Below are positions 1-13,445 of a DNA stretch of 64,000 nt, piece after piece. The stretch is taken from positions 324,632,001-324,696,000 of the forward strand of contig OZ024740.1 in assembly GCA_964016885.1 (NCBI GenBank), written 5' to 3'. This DNA is from Eledone cirrhosa (lineage: Eukaryota). A program made the translations under genes and the position numbers. Below the pieces are notes generated by a model. That model did not search any database and was not told where the DNA came from. It saw only the letters and a program-made list of their open reading frames with translations. Positions within the stretch are counted from its first letter, which is position 1, and each line of letters starts with the position of its first letter.

Positions 1-61
1 ATTTACACAAGAAACAAAAGAAACAAATCTCTTTCCGATTGGTGCATTTGTATAATTTTCT

Positions 62-870
62 CGTGTGTTGTGTGTGTTGCTTTGTGTTGTGTGTATTGCT
101 TTGTGTGTGTTGCTTTGTGTGTGTTGTGAGTGTTGCTTTGTGTGTGTTACGTTGTGTTATGTGTATTGCGTTGTGTTGTGCGTATTGCGTTGTGTTGTGT
201 TGCGTGTGTTGCGTTGTGTTGTATCATGTTGTGTCGTGTGTGTTGCGTTGTGTTGTGTGTATTGTGTTGTGTGTGTTGTGTTGAGTTGTGTCGTGTGTGT
301 TGCGTGTGTTGTGTCGTGTTGTATTGCATTGTGTCGTGTCTGTTGTGTTGTGTCGTGTGTGTTGTGTTGTGTTGTGTCGTGTGTGTTGCGTCTGTTGTGT
401 CGTGTTGTGTTGCATTGTGTCGTGTGTGTTGTGTTGTGTCATGTGTGTTGTGTTGTGTTGTGTTGTGTTGTGTTGTGTCGTGCGTGTTGTGTTGTGTTGT
501 GTCGTGTCGTGTTGTGTTGTGTTGTGTTGTGTTGTGTCGTGCGTGTTGTGTTGTGTTGTGTCGTGTCGTGTTGTGTTGTGTTGTGTTGCCTGTGTTGCCT
601 GTGTTGCGTTGTGTTGTGTCGTGTCTGCTGCGTTGTGTTGTGTTGTGTGTATTGCGTTGTGTTGTGTCGTGTGTATTGTGTTGCGTGTGTTGTGTTGTGT
701 TGTGTTGTGTCGTGTCTGTTGCGTTGTGTTGTGTGTATTGCGTTGTGTTGTGTTGCGTCTGTTGCGTTGTGCTGTGTCATGTCTGCTGCGTTGTGTTGTA
801 CTGTGTGTATTGCATTCTGCTGTGTTGTGTGTATTGCGCCGTGTTGTGTTGCGTGTATTGCGTTGGTGTT
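62..870. repeat. Degenerate (GTGTT)n pentanucleotide satellite
   Basis: Continuous gtgtt/gtgtc/gcgtt units. The Cys/Val/Leu-rich ORFs here are translations of the repeat. Confidence 0.95.
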
Positions 871-1576
871 ACATTGTATAGTAAAGACTGATCGATGTTA
901 TTTGATACGTGAGAAAAAGATGGAAACATCACTTCAGGAAATATCTCTTGGTAGTTCTTATGAATGAATCAAGAGTTTTTCTTTACTGCGATATTTCATT
1001 ATTGTGATTAAGGTGAAGGGAGAGGTTGGTAGTGTAGGTGTCGCTTTCAACAATTTTATCGAACAGTCAACTGTATGTAATTTGGGATTTGTTTTCCAGT
1101 TTTAAATTTCTTTCACTATTGACTACGGGCTGAGAGATAATATATTTGGAAGAGAGAGATAAAGACTGAGGGGGAGAGGTATTGAGAAATAAATATTTGG
1201 AGAGAGAAGGAGAGAGAGAAAGACAGACAGTGTGTGAAAGAGTATGAATAAAGGATTTATTTATAAATAGAAAGGGAGAGATATCAAGAGAGATATAATT
1301 AGAGATATAATATAAATTAGTGAGAGATCTTGTGTAGATAGTTAGAGAGAGAGAGAGAAAGATACCCAGAGAGAAAGAATGAGAGAGATACAGTGGAGCG
1401 AGATGGAGATGGTCTCAGAGAGAATATACATAAAAGTATGATAGATAGAAAGGAGAAAATATTGAAAGAGGGTGAACGAGAGATAGCCAGGGAGAGAATA
1501 TAAGGGAATAAGAAGGAAAGAAGAGGCAAGTGAGTAAACATAGACAGAGTGAAGAAAAGAGGGGAAGAAAGTGACT

Positions 1577-1609
<33 letters not shown>

Positions 1610-1680
1610 CGAGAGAGAGAGAGTGAGTGAGTGAGTGAGTGAGTGAGTGAGTGAGTGAGTGAGTGAGTGAGTGAGTGAGT

Positions 1681-1720
<40 letters not shown>

Positions 1721-1792
1721 CTACATCAGAAGTTAAAAATTAAAGTGGCGGGGTTGTGAGAGAAACGTAGGTGTACAAGAAAGAGAGAGAGC

Positions 1793-1830
<38 letters not shown>

Positions 1831-2409
1831 TTGTTCACCAGACAGTAAGAGAAACTATAAAAAGAAACATAAAATGGCGGTTGTAGATGTTGAGGTAGTG
1901 TGATGAAGGTGATGAGGGGGAAAACATTGAGCTGTCGTCGCCATATTAGAAAGTTAGAACAGATAAGAAATGTCCAATAAAATCCAATAAAATCTAATAC
2001 TGGTTGCAAGTAAGAACGATTTCTCACAGATTCCCCCCAGGTACGATGATAAATAATTGCAATTTTTGGCGAGAAAGAAAGATTCAGCCATGATTCTTTC
2101 TTTCTTTTCAACAAAACATTTTATACGGAGATATTATTTTCGGTTGGGAAACTGCGTGCTATTGTTGCTGATTTAGTTGTTGTTGTTGGTGGTGTTGTTG
2201 ATGTTGTTGGTGTTGTTTTTGTTGTTGTTGTCATCGTCGTTGTTTCTGTTGCTTTTTCAGTCGTGGCGTTGAATGTGGAAAAACGCTCAGAAAATATCGA
2301 CTACGGGTAAAAATATTTTAGTTCGATTTCCCCAATGTTATTTATAGATTATTTAACTCGAGTTAAGCCGGATAAGCTATATCAACTTTTAGCACCCTGT
2401 AATGATAAG

Positions 2410-2570
2410 GTAGGCGGCGAGTTGGCAGAGTCGTTAGATCGTCGGATAGAACGCTTTATGGTATTCGTTCCGGTTCTCTGCTCTCTGAGTTCAAATCCCG
2501 CTGTGGTCAACTTTTCCTTTCATCCTTTCGAGGTCGACAAAAAAGTACCAGTCAAGTACTGTGGTCGATT
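2410..2570 (+). mobile_element. tRNA-derived SINE, family 1 (diverged copy)
   Basis: A-box-like tggcagagtcg, B-box gagttcaaatcc, then cctttcatcctttcgaggtcga...aagtaccag, shared with other copies in the window. Confidence 0.75.
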
Positions 2571-3134
2571 CTTCCTCTATATCTCTTTCTCATTTCCTCT
2601 CTCTCACATTCTATCTTTCTTCTGGAAGAAATCTGCTGTACCCAGGATTGGAGAGGGATGGGATCCGCAAAGCTTAAAATGCCCAAGAAACGCCGTATGT
2701 CAATATGGCGTCCCTACGACTATCAGAAGCTACAGGGCCATACATACTTACATACATACATTCATACATACTTACATACATTTATACATACAACGATTTG
2801 GTAGAAAATGTCTAAAAACGGATTTATAAATTCAAATAGTATCTTTATTAGCAATAAGATATTTGTGAAAATTTGCTGTATTAAACTAGACTTTAATATT
2901 TAATGTGATGCAGTCAATTATGTCTCAAAGAATTTTATTTATATATGGTTGTTAATTAATCTTTAACATCTTGTAATGTTTTAGCAGAAAATATCTAAAA
3001 ACAGGATTGAAAAAGTTCAAATGTTTATAGCATCTTTAGAGGAAAGATCTTTGTAAAGATATTCAGTATTAGGATAAAGATTTTAATAAACAATATACGA
3101 AACCGAATTTTCGGCTTTTGAAGCGTTGAGAATG

Positions 3135-3177
<43 letters not shown>

Positions 3178-3179
<2 letters not shown>

Positions 3180-3403
3180 AAATGCGCAAGCACAGAAATT
3201 CTATAAAAATAGCTTATAAAATAGGGTAAAGACCCTTAAAAGATGGAAAAAGAAGTTGCCATCAGCCACTATGAAGAATTGAACCCTATATCTTCCAGCC
3301 GGTATCTGAAAGATGTGGGATTCAATTCCTCATAGCGATTTTTAAGGGTCTTCGCCTTATTTTATAAACTATTTTTATAGCATTTCTGCGCTTGACCACT
3401 TCT
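3178..3403. repeat. Imperfect fold-back (MITE-like) palindrome between TA tracts
   Basis: caagcacagaaattctataaaaatagcttataaaatagggtaaagacccttaaaa is mirrored by ttttaagggtcttcgccttattttataaactatttttatagcatttctgcgcttg. Confidence 0.8.
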
Positions 3404-4077
3404 ATATATTTATGTATATAAATGTAATTTAATGTAATATAGCTGATTATGCAGAAATGCGTTGGTGTTAACCAATTTTTGAAATCCTGAAATGATTCAG
3501 TATAAAATGTCTAAAAACAGGTTTGTTCATTCAAATACTTATAGTACCTTTACTACTGGACATATCTTTATGACAATTTGCAATATTAGAGCAAATATCT
3601 CGATATTTCATGTGATGCTATCTATTGCTGTGTTGTACTTTTCAGGAATATCTTTCTAATGTGGTTTCATATGGTAGTTAATACAAATATTTGTACTATC
3701 TTACTCGTGGACAGACCTTTCTGAACATTTGCACTATTAGAGAGAAGACATAAATTGGTAATGTGATGCAGTCATTTGCTGTTTTATACATTTCAAGAAT
3801 GTCTTGCTAATGGGATACAGGATGTTAAGAATATTAAATATTTCAAAAATTAACATGGGTATTTTAGTAACCAATTTCTATGGTAAAACGCACGAAAAAT
3901 ATCGACTGTATGTGGAAACATTTATTTCAATATGTTCAATGATATTTACTAAGTCGGATGAAATATATTAAAACTATTTCGCAAATGTATGTTGGTAATT
4001 TATGATGACCTGTTGGTCTTTTTCGTCAGGGGTTAACAGAGTCAAAAATTAAACGTATTTATTTTCTTTGATAAAAA

Positions 4078-4256
4078 TAATTATTTCTATTTTTGGCACA
4101 AGGTCAGCAATAATCCCAGTGCATTACTGGTACTTTATTTTATCGACCCCGTAAGGATGAAAGGCAAAGTTCACCTTAGCGGGATTTGAAAAGGGCCATA
4201 AATCTATACTGCAAAGCATAGTGTCTGACGCTCTACCAATACTGCCAATCCACCGC
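4078..4256 (-). mobile_element. SINE family 1
   Basis: Reverse complement of the family consensus (actggtactttattttatcgaccccgtaaggatgaaaggcaaagt...actgccaatccaccg). Confidence 0.85.
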
Positions 4257-4521
4257 TCTTTGATAAAAAATAATAATGTAATAAACTAGGATGAGCTGTC
4301 GTCTAAATGTGATTGAATACGTTAATAGTATCTGACTTGATATATATAGGTATATTGCAAGTAGTGAATAAAGTGGAGATTGTCAAAAACAAATGAAATT
4401 TGTTTTGTTTATTTTTCTCACTCACCGCAAGTAGACAGCAAAAGGTTAGGACACTTTTCCTAACGTATTAAGAGTTAAACTAAATACCTCTCTCTCTCTC
4501 TATATATATTATTTACCTTAA

Positions 4522-4571
<50 letters not shown>

Positions 4572-4848
4572 TTAAGGTAAATATTGATGCAATTCAATTC
4601 AAGCACATGACGTACTTTTCCACATATTTTGCAAATATGTACTTTTTGTTTTGATTCATGTGATAGAAGAAGATATTAACTAATTATTTGCCTAATTACT
4701 AGGTTTCATACTGTAATTTACCCTCCGTTCTACTGTACGGTACTGTAGTTCAATATATGGATAATATATCTGTAATATTGATCCCCCTTTCAAAACTTCT
4801 TACTATAATTTAAACATCTCCCTATTTATTAGCTATTATATATATATA

Positions 4849-5034
4849 GGGCGGTGAATTGGCAGTATAGGTGGAGGGTCGGACATGCTTTCCACCATAG
4901 TTACGTCCCTTTACAATCTGAGTTCAAATCTCGCCGAGGTTAACTTTGCGTTTCTTCCTTATGAGTTCGATAAAATAAGGTACCAGTAATGTACTGAGTA
5001 ATTGCTGGCCTTGTGCCAAACGTAGAAACAATTA
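4849..5034 (+). mobile_element. SINE family 1
   Basis: ggcggtgaattggcagtatagg, ctgagttcaaatctcgccgagg, tail ctggccttgtgccaaacgtagaaacaatta. Confidence 0.85.
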
Positions 5035-5627
5035 TATATTTATTTATTTTTTAAATTTTAATTTTCAATCCTAATTTCCACTGTGAAACCATAATATCTA
5101 GAATTAAGTTAGATTCTCTTAGCGGCTGATGGCCAATACTGTTGTCCAAGCTTAATTTAGGGGTCGTATTAAGATCTATTGAGAGTCATACTCTGCCACT
5201 AGCATTAGGTTTCGGTCAAACGCCACCGGCAGTACGGCTAGCAGTAAACTATCGCCGTCTCATATTACAGAACTGGATGGGGGGACCTGCCTAGGCGAGT
5301 TTCGTAGAGTTTTGGTGTAGTGGATGGTCAACTTCCTCCGGACTTGCGCCTGCGAAAACCGGTGGGGGTGAATTGGGGATCAAAAAAGGAACGGACGAAG
5401 GATTCAAGAACAACTGCTTTGTCCGTTCCCTTGTCAATTTAATTTGGATTACCTCGGGAACATAACCTTATTATGTAAGAAGCTGTCTGATGATGTCACG
5501 GCACTGGGTGCACCGAAGAGTGTGGCCACCGTCGCCATTGAAATATGTATCACAGCATTATCATTAAAGGGATTTAATACTTGAAACTACTTGGCATTTT
5601 CTTATTCTATATATATATATATATATA

Positions 5628-6257
5628 AACAACGAGTTATTTGGTTTGTTGATTATTCAACAAAGTTAATTTACAATAGATTAGAAGCACTCAACAATAT
5701 TTTCCCGGAGTATCATTAATATCAATAATTGTTTCTACGTTAGGCACAAGGCCAGCAATTAACCAGTGCATTACTGGTACTTTATTTTATCGACCCGTAA
5801 GGATGAAAGGCAAAGTTAACCTTGGCGGGATTTGAACTCGGAATGGCAAGGGCAGTAACTCTATACGTCAAAGCATGGCGTCCGACCCTCTACCAATACT
5901 GCCAATCCACCGATTAATAAATGGCATTTATTATAATCTGTTATAGAGTAAAGCGCTCTACTGAAAGGAGCTAAGTCTAAACAATGACCTATTTGAGTGT
6001 TGAATAAACAACAAACCAAATAGCTCATTGTTTATACTTAGCTGTACTCTATAACAGATTATAATTAATGCCATTTATTAATATTATTGATATTAATGAT
6101 ACTCCGGAAGAAATACCGTTGCGTGCTTCTAATCTGTTGTCAATTAACTTTGTTGAATAATCAACAAACCAAATAACTCATTGTTTATATTTAGCTCCTT
6201 TCAGTAGAGCGCTTTATTCTATAACAGATTGTAATAAATGGCTTTTATTAATATTAT

Positions 6258-6261
<4 letters not shown>
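5628..6261. mobile_element. Inverted and partly tandem non-coding unit (PLE terminal-repeat-like) between (TA)n tracts, interrupted by a SINE
   Basis: 5628-5727 plus 5915-5980 are mirrored by about 6020-6260. Carries the conserved ACTC...TT-GAGT hairpin (5689-5711, minus). Confidence 0.65.
5727..5913 (-). mobile_element. SINE family 1 nested in the fold-back unit
   Basis: Near full-length reverse-strand copy that splits the left arm of the 5628-6261 unit. Confidence 0.85.
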
Positions 6262-6351
<90 letters not shown>

Positions 6352-6514
6352 AGAAATAGATAGGAAGACACAAAACAGGCTTTGTTTACAAACGGCTAGC
6401 TACTTTGAAAATTAGGTAGTAACATGTGCTTATGCCGTATTTGACTACAGAGAATTACTCTGTTAGTTGGGATTTAAAAAAAAACCCTGAATGGAAAAAA
6501 GGATGCGTATTGAC

Positions 6515-6562
<48 letters not shown>

Positions 6563-6852
6563 GGGGGGGGGGTACTCTTTTTTCAGTCCTTAAGGGTATT
6601 TTATCTGATTTTAAAAATGTATTATAACTTAGACCCATCAGCTGTTGTTACAGTTATTTTCTGTTTGGATTCCCACGATTCAAATGTCAAATCATTCAGG
6701 TACCTTGATAAAGCATATGATTTATTTATTTCCAGCACTAACTGCAGCCTGTTAGCTATAGCTACTTAAATTGGACGGAATCCATTGTCAGTGGAATTCG
6801 TGAGAAACTGGGCTACAGACCACTTCTTACGTCCCGAATGGTATGTAGCAAT

Positions 6853-7342
6853 GGATTGGCAGTATCGTTAGAGGGTCTGACGCCATGCTTTGCAGCAAAG
6901 AGTGACGGCTCTTTATGGTCTGAGTTCAAATCCCGCCGAGGTTAACTTTACCTTTCATCTTTACGAGGTCGATAAAATAAAGTACCAGTAATACACTGGA
7001 ATAATTGCTGGCCTAGGGCCAAAAGTAGAAACAATTATTATTAATATTAAGGCCGATGGTTGGCAGAATCAGCAGAGCATCGGAAACATACTTTGTGGCA
7101 TATAGTTTCGGCCTCTTACGTTCTGAGTTCAAATCCAAGCGAGATCAACTCTGCCTATCCTCCTTACGGGGTCGATAAACTAAAGTACCAGTAATGCACT
7201 GGGGTCGATTTAATCGACTCCCCCCCTTCAAATGCTGGCCTTGTGCCTAAATCAGAAACCATTATTATCATGTCGATAAAATAAAGTACCAGTAATACAC
7301 TGGATAATTGCTGGCCTTGTGCTAAAAGTAGAAACAATTATT
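6853..7342 (+). mobile_element. Tandem cluster of SINE family 1 copies (two near-full, one 3' fragment)
   Basis: B-box gagttcaaatcc twice, gtcgataaa...aaagtaccagtaat three times, tails ending agaaacaattattat. Confidence 0.85.
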
Positions 7343-7635
7343 ATCATTTATAGTGATCGATTATTGCTACAGTTATTTTCTGTGTTTGGATTCGCACATT
7401 TTAAATTTCAAGTCGTGAAGGCAACTCTATAAATCATATGATTTACAACTATACGTATATATATATATATATATATAGGAACGAGTAAGACCCCGACGGC
7501 TGACCTCAAGCCGTTTCGACGGGTAGTTCCTAATATATATATATATTTATTGAAATAACAGATTAAAGTTTAAGCAAAGAATCGCTGCCCTCTTTGGATT
7601 TTAGTCTTCAAATTTATTATTATTACTATTATTAT

Positions 7636-7672
<37 letters not shown>

Positions 7673-7677
<5 letters not shown>

Positions 7678-7876
7678 TAAAATAACAGATTAAAGTTTAA
7701 GCAAAGAATCGCTGCTTTTAGTTTCAGAAGATCCCGTTAAGGGTGAAAGCAGCGATTCTTTGCTTAAACTTTAATCTGTTATTTTAATAAATATTTGCTC
7801 TACGGTTCTTATATATTTGATATATATTTTCCTTATCGAGCCCTCTTTGGATTTTAGTCTTCACATTTATTATTAT

Positions 7877-7880
<4 letters not shown>
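7673..7880 (+). mobile_element. Family C hammerhead-bearing fold-back unit in (TA)n
   Basis: Inverted arms (aataacagattaaagtttaagcaaagaatcgctgc and its reverse complement). Further copies at 7545-7625, 21103-21315, 36619-36826, 46291-46550 and 55078-55290. Confidence 0.85.
7720..7770 (+). ncRNA. Type I hammerhead ribozyme-like fold with U4A core (family C)
   Basis: Stem I AGUUU/AAACU; core CAGAAGA; stem II CCC-guuaa-GGG; GAAA; stem III AGCA/UGCU; predicted CUU cleavage triplet. Confidence 0.6.
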
Positions 7881-7911
<31 letters not shown>

Positions 7912-8486
7912 ACGAAATATTAGTATGTTTCGTTGATTACTCAATGAATACAATGATTGCTATAGAAAATAATCTATACTGATTAATTTTGATATAATAT
8001 ATAAGTATAATTAGCTAAAGCATAATCAAATACAAAAGATATTCAATTGATTATGTGAATTGATTGGGTGTCCTATTTGATCTAGCATTTGAAAACAATG
8101 GTTTTTTTTCCCTATCCCCCTCTATTTGATGTTCCTTTATTTTTCTTTATTTTCTTTACCCCCCCCCCCTCTGTTCCCTTTACTTTCCCCCACATATTCC
8201 CTCTTTTGTCGTTATTCCTCTTTTCTTTTTATATATTTCTTTTACTCATTTATCCATTTATTTTTTATTCATTTATCTATTTATGTATGTATTTATTTAT
8301 TTTTTCTTGCCGTTCCTCTTCTTTACAGCCTTTCTCATATCTCTAATTTCCTCTACGTCTTTTTCTTCTTTAAGTTTATCATATTATTTATGGTATATAA
8401 ACATTGGGATTTGATGAAATAAATCACTGCCAATACTGGAATTGAATAATCAAGACCGTAGCGGTATGTCATATATCAAATCATAT

Positions 8487-8549
8487 ATTTTGTCTGATGA
8501 GGACGTACTGAAAAAACAACACAGTACCTTTGAAATATATATAATAAAG
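8487..8549 (+). ncRNA. Type I hammerhead ribozyme with minimal stem III
   Basis: uuugu-CUGAUGA-ggacGUACUG...CAGUACcuuu-GAAA-U-auau-A-UA-auaaa. The palindromic loop III matches PLE-type minimal hammerheads. Same family as 14263-14329. Confidence 0.75.
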
Positions 8550-8594
8550 TATATATTTTGATTATGAGAATATTTTTCATTTGTTAATATTTTG

Positions 8595-8632
<38 letters not shown>

Positions 8633-8633
8633 G

Positions 8634-8698
<65 letters not shown>

Positions 8699-8912
8699 TA
8701 TACATATGTATATATATATATATATACACACATATACATTTATGTATATATGTATATATATACACACACACATTTACATATATATATATATATACATATA
8801 TATCAATTTATTACTCTTGTTTACACACACATTCACAAACACCCACACATACCCACTGACACACACACACATGTACACACATGCACTCACACACACAGAC
8901 ACACATATACCC

Positions 8913-8975
<63 letters not shown>

Positions 8976-9126
8976 TTGTGTGTTATAAGTACGTATTTTT
9001 TGCAATTGCGTACCGTATGTGTGTGCTATACATCTGTTTGGTCTTATATTCCTGTGTATAACGTCGGTCTGTACATATCTTAAGAGCTGTGGTTAATTGA
9101 TGTAATTCTGTATTGCTGTGCCTACC

Positions 9127-9184
<58 letters not shown>

Positions 9185-9870
9185 CTCTCTCTCTATTTCA
9201 CACTCACACACATACAGAATCACACACATGCGTTATACTTTATAACACAATCTTATAACACACTTATAAAACATTACAACACATGAACATATGAGAAATA
9301 AAACTATAATTGAAATATAAAAACAAAATCATTCGCATAGTAACAAAACTGCACACGTGTACACTCAACTAAGCATCGGGATATTGATTACTCATTAATT
9401 ACTTAATTTAATTATTCATCTCATTGAAATATACTTAATTACACACACCTACCTACACGCTCAAACATAAGTATATATGTCTGTGCGTGTTTCTGGGAGT
9501 GTGTATGTGTAAATGTGCAATCGTGTACCTGTGTGAATGCGTGTGTCCATTACGAATGTTAAATTTGTGGCATAAAGTAATAATTTATATTAAAATAAAA
9601 ATGTTAATGAAAAATACAAGGATAGTGAGGTGATAATGGAAAGCTTCGGGGAATGGAGTTATCTGTAAATTGAAATAATTTCTTCTCTCGATGATATAGA
9701 AATATTTTAATTTACAGAGATATGTAGATAAAGCTATTATTAACAAATCTTTCATCTTTATACAACATAAAAATCCACCACCATTGGAATATTTCAAAAA
9801 CAATTTCTCTCAGTGTTTTTTTTTTCTCGTCTAATTATTACTCAGATTTTCTTTCATTCCGTCTCTTTGT

Positions 9871-9933
<63 letters not shown>

Positions 9934-9990
9934 CACACAATCTTTCTTACATACGTACACACATATATACATACAATCATTCATTCGTAC

Positions 9991-10075
<85 letters not shown>

Positions 10076-10090
10076 CTTTTGATTATTTAT

Positions 10091-10130
10091 GCCCTTGAGA
10101 AGCCCAACTGGGCGAAACGTACGTAGGTGC
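10091..10130 (+). ncRNA. Minimal type I hammerhead ribozyme, U3-A8 core variant
   Basis: gccc-UUGAGAA-GCCC-aacu-GGGC-GAAAC-guac-GUA-ggugc, followed by aataaa. The unit lies between TA tracts. Confidence 0.7.
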
Positions 10131-10184
10131 TGTTTTAAATAAACATGTTTTAACGGTCTATTCTCCTATTTCTTACTTTTCCAC

Positions 10185-10226
<42 letters not shown>

Positions 10227-10737
10227 GTATATATATACCACACATCTCACTGTTCAGAAAAATAAAATGGTTTAGGACAGAACAAAGGAGAAACACAAAA
10301 TAACAAATTAGTCGCAAAGGAGTTCACGGGATGAATGAGGAAAGAGTTTATAATAAATTGAAGTGAACATTTACAGGTACGTGTGTTTTTATTGGCAATA
10401 TGACCCTCCCAAAGTATAACAATATATATACTGCATATATATAAACGTAAGCCAAAATCTCTATCTGGGTGATATATACTAGACCTATTAAAATAAGTCG
10501 ATTTTACTCATAGACTTCCCCCACCATAGTTTCTGGAACTCAAAAAATGACATTCACCAATCCATGACATTGGCATAACTAATACTGGAAGAATAACAAT
10601 TCCGTTATCGGGAAGACACTCCTTTTTGTTACTTCTCAGGGTAGACGATTGATTAATATATCCTTTCATTGAGATGTTTAAGTATTAGAGACACTCAAAA
10701 GTTCTATTATACACACATATATATATTTATATATATT

Positions 10738-10868
10738 TAGCCGTCGAAACGGCTTGAGCTCAGCCGTCAAGGTCCTACTCGTTCCTATTACCCACTCTAC
10801 TACCCTAAGTATTGAGTACTTTGGTGCGTTATGGTCCATCTGGTTCCTTACCACATTTCCTTCGTTAT
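10738..10868 (+). mobile_element. Family B unit (3' half of a hammerhead plus conserved hairpin) in (TA)n
   Basis: agccgtcGAAACggcttgagctcagccGTC...actctactaccctaagtattgagtac...cttcgtta. Copies at 7477-7530, 21371-21565, 32552-32755, 42778-42973 and 43009-43200. Confidence 0.85.
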
Positions 10869-11014
10869 ATATATATATACGAAAAGAGTCAGGACCCTAA
10901 CGGCTGAGCTCCGGTCGTTTCGACAGCTAGATCTAACTAAGTTAAAACAGAAAACAAAAACAAAGAGTGCAGTACAAAGTGTTAGTATTAAATTCACGCT
11001 TGAGAGTGGAGTGG

Positions 11015-11050
11015 GGGACGACGTTTTGGGCATAAACCCTTCATCAGGAG
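11015..11050 (-). ncRNA. Degenerate hammerhead-like motif
   Basis: Minus strand reads cuc-CUGAUGA-AGGG-uuuaug-CCC-AAAAC-guc-GUC. G12 is lost and stem I is weak. Confidence 0.35.
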
Positions 11051-11129
11051 AAAAGTGGGAAGAAAAAAAGTTCCGAGGGTGTGAGGGGAGTGGTGGAAAG
11101 ACAATATATATATATATATATATATAAAT

Positions 11130-11393
11130 TGGCACTCCATCGGTTACGACGATGAATGACGACGATCAACGGAACAGCCTGCTCGTGAAATGTATCGTAA
11201 AAGTGGTTGAGCATTCCAAGTTGTTCTCAGGAAGATTTAGCGTGACACCGAATGTGAAAAGGCTGGCCCTTCGCAGTACAGGTACAACTCCTTTTTGCCA
11301 GCTTAGTGAACTGGGGCAACGGGAAATAGAGTGTCTTGCTCAAGAACACAACGCACCACCGGGAACCGAACACACGACCTTGCGATCATGAGT
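11130..11393 (-). mobile_element. tRNA-derived SINE, family 2
   Basis: Minus strand has tRNA-like gtgttcggttcccgg followed by tgtgttcttgagcaagacact. Related degenerate copies near 17030-17240, 18960-19060, 19355-19680 and 58420-58860. Confidence 0.65.
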
Positions 11394-11497
11394 AAAGGAC
11401 CATAGAGAATTGAAAAATATGAAAGTTCTTAATAAACTTGATCAAACCGGGACACAGTCATGCTTTTGATAGAACATGCTTGAAAGAAAATGTGCTC

Positions 11498-11567
<70 letters not shown>

Positions 11568-11571
11568 ATAA

Positions 11572-11640
<69 letters not shown>

Positions 11641-11780
11641 AATAGAAGCGGTTACACAACAGTTAGTTCACCATACCGAGAACAATTGTTTCACCTTAGC
11701 TCGTAATGGGCATGGTTATACGGGGCAGGAAGGACAACCGTACGAACGCGCATGCGTAGAAACCCGTCACTTCGCACAGG

Positions 11781-11846
<66 letters not shown>

Positions 11847-11848
<2 letters not shown>

Positions 11849-12157
11849 CATTGCCAAAAATAATAACGGAACACACTCATTGTTTGGTTGGTTTTCGCTT
11901 CTGTATTTGTTATATCTCCATAGTTAATTCATTCGGCCATCAATGTTTATGGAAAGAACTTTGTTAGACTATATATATATGTATTTATATCTGTATTTTT
12001 GACCGTTGGTCAATCAATGATAAACATTGATGGCCGAATGAATTAACTATGGAGATATTAAAGATACAGAAGCGAAAATCAACCAAACAGTGATTGTGTT
12101 TCGTTATTATTTCTGGCAATATTATTACAACAATAGACCCTCCCCAAGTATAACAAT
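11847..12157. repeat. Inverted pair of family K terminal-repeat fragments
   Basis: 11848-11950 mirrors 12019-12120. Both are similar to the inverted repeats flanking the GIY-YIG ORF at 56391-57963. Confidence 0.75.
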
Positions 12158-12864
12158 GTATATATATATATATATATATGTATGTATATATAATATACAT
12201 ATGTATGTACTCTTTTTTTTTAACCTGGGAGTGAAAAGTCCCCAGTTGTTGTCACAACACCTTTCTAAGAGAGGGAATATTTGAAAAAAAACCTGCAGCT
12301 TCGGAAGCATTCGATGATGTTGACCAATTCTTCTTTTCGGATAGTGTTTGCGATGCTCGGAGAGTGGGATTGGTCGACTGCAAGGCCTTTCCTCACTTAA
12401 AAAACCTTCAAAGCACAGGCGTTGCTTGTTCAGGGCCTGGTACAGTTTTATGTGACTGGCCGTTGCCTAAAATTGCACCAAACTCTGTAACCTGACAATC
12501 AATTGCAGTACTCTTAGCAGAGTTTGCAGCCATCATATATATATATATATATACTAATAAGTACGTATGTTTGTACATATATATATGTCTGCGTGTGTGT
12601 GTGTGTGTGCGTGTGTGTGTGTGTGTGTGCGTGTGTGTGTGTGTGGGGGGGTGTATGTGCGTCTATTGTTATGTATGTATTTATTTATGTATATAAACAT
12701 ATAACCTTTTTATGTCACACAAAGAGGCAAGTGAATGGATATGATGCATATGGAGAGATTTGCATCGAATTATTTAAGCCAGGTTTGTATTCCAACTGGG
12801 GCCAGTTGTTATATATGCACATGCGCTATACATACGGAAGGAAGTCAGACGACAGATAACGTAA

Positions 12865-12970
12865 ATAATTGTTTCTACTTTTGGCACAAGGCCAGCAATT
12901 ACCCAGTGTATTACTGGTACTTTATTTTATCGACCCCGTAAGGATGAAACGCAAAGTTAACCTCGGCGGG
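12865..12970 (-). mobile_element. SINE family 1, 3' fragment
   Basis: aattgtttctacttttggcacaaggccagcaatt...gttaacctcggcggg. Confidence 0.85.
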
Positions 12971-13088
12971 AAATAATATTAAATAAAAATTAACATATAT
13001 ATTGATAGTATAGTACCACTAAGAGAGTACCACTGTATATGAAAGCATATACTATATGCTTTCATATATATATATGTATGTATATATG

Positions 13089-13202
<114 letters not shown>

Positions 13203-13232
13203 TAAATCTACCAAAAGTTTACGGTATATATA

Positions 13233-13445
13233 GTTTTAATATAGATGAGATTCTACAGGTCTAGAACTGTTTCATTCTTTAGAAATCACCAGGAATCTCA
13301 ACACCTAGCGATTCCTGATGATTTCTAAAGAATGAAACAGTTCTAGTCCTGTAGAATCTCATCTATATTAAAACTTGTATCCTCTGCTATGTATTGAGTA
13401 CCTTACTTACTGTGGTTACCTCTGATTCAACCCGCAATAACTTAC
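13233..13445 (+). mobile_element. Family D hammerhead-bearing fold-back unit in (TA)n
   Basis: 13233-13297 mirrors 13310-13374. Relatives at 32392-32527 (+) and 43548-43828 (-). Confidence 0.85.
13310..13358 (+). ncRNA. Type I hammerhead ribozyme (family D)
   Basis: Stem I GAUUC/GAAUC; CUGAUGA; short stem II UUC/GAA; GAAA; stem III ACAG/CUGU; GUA triplet. Confidence 0.8.

Noticed and set aside
39-967. Long Cys/Val-rich ORFs
   Set aside because: Translations of the (GTGTT)n satellite, open in several frames.
5486-5530. Isolated CTGATGA (also at 35296 and near 23879 minus)
   Set aside because: No stem II followed by GAAA. Such matches are expected by chance in AT-rich DNA.
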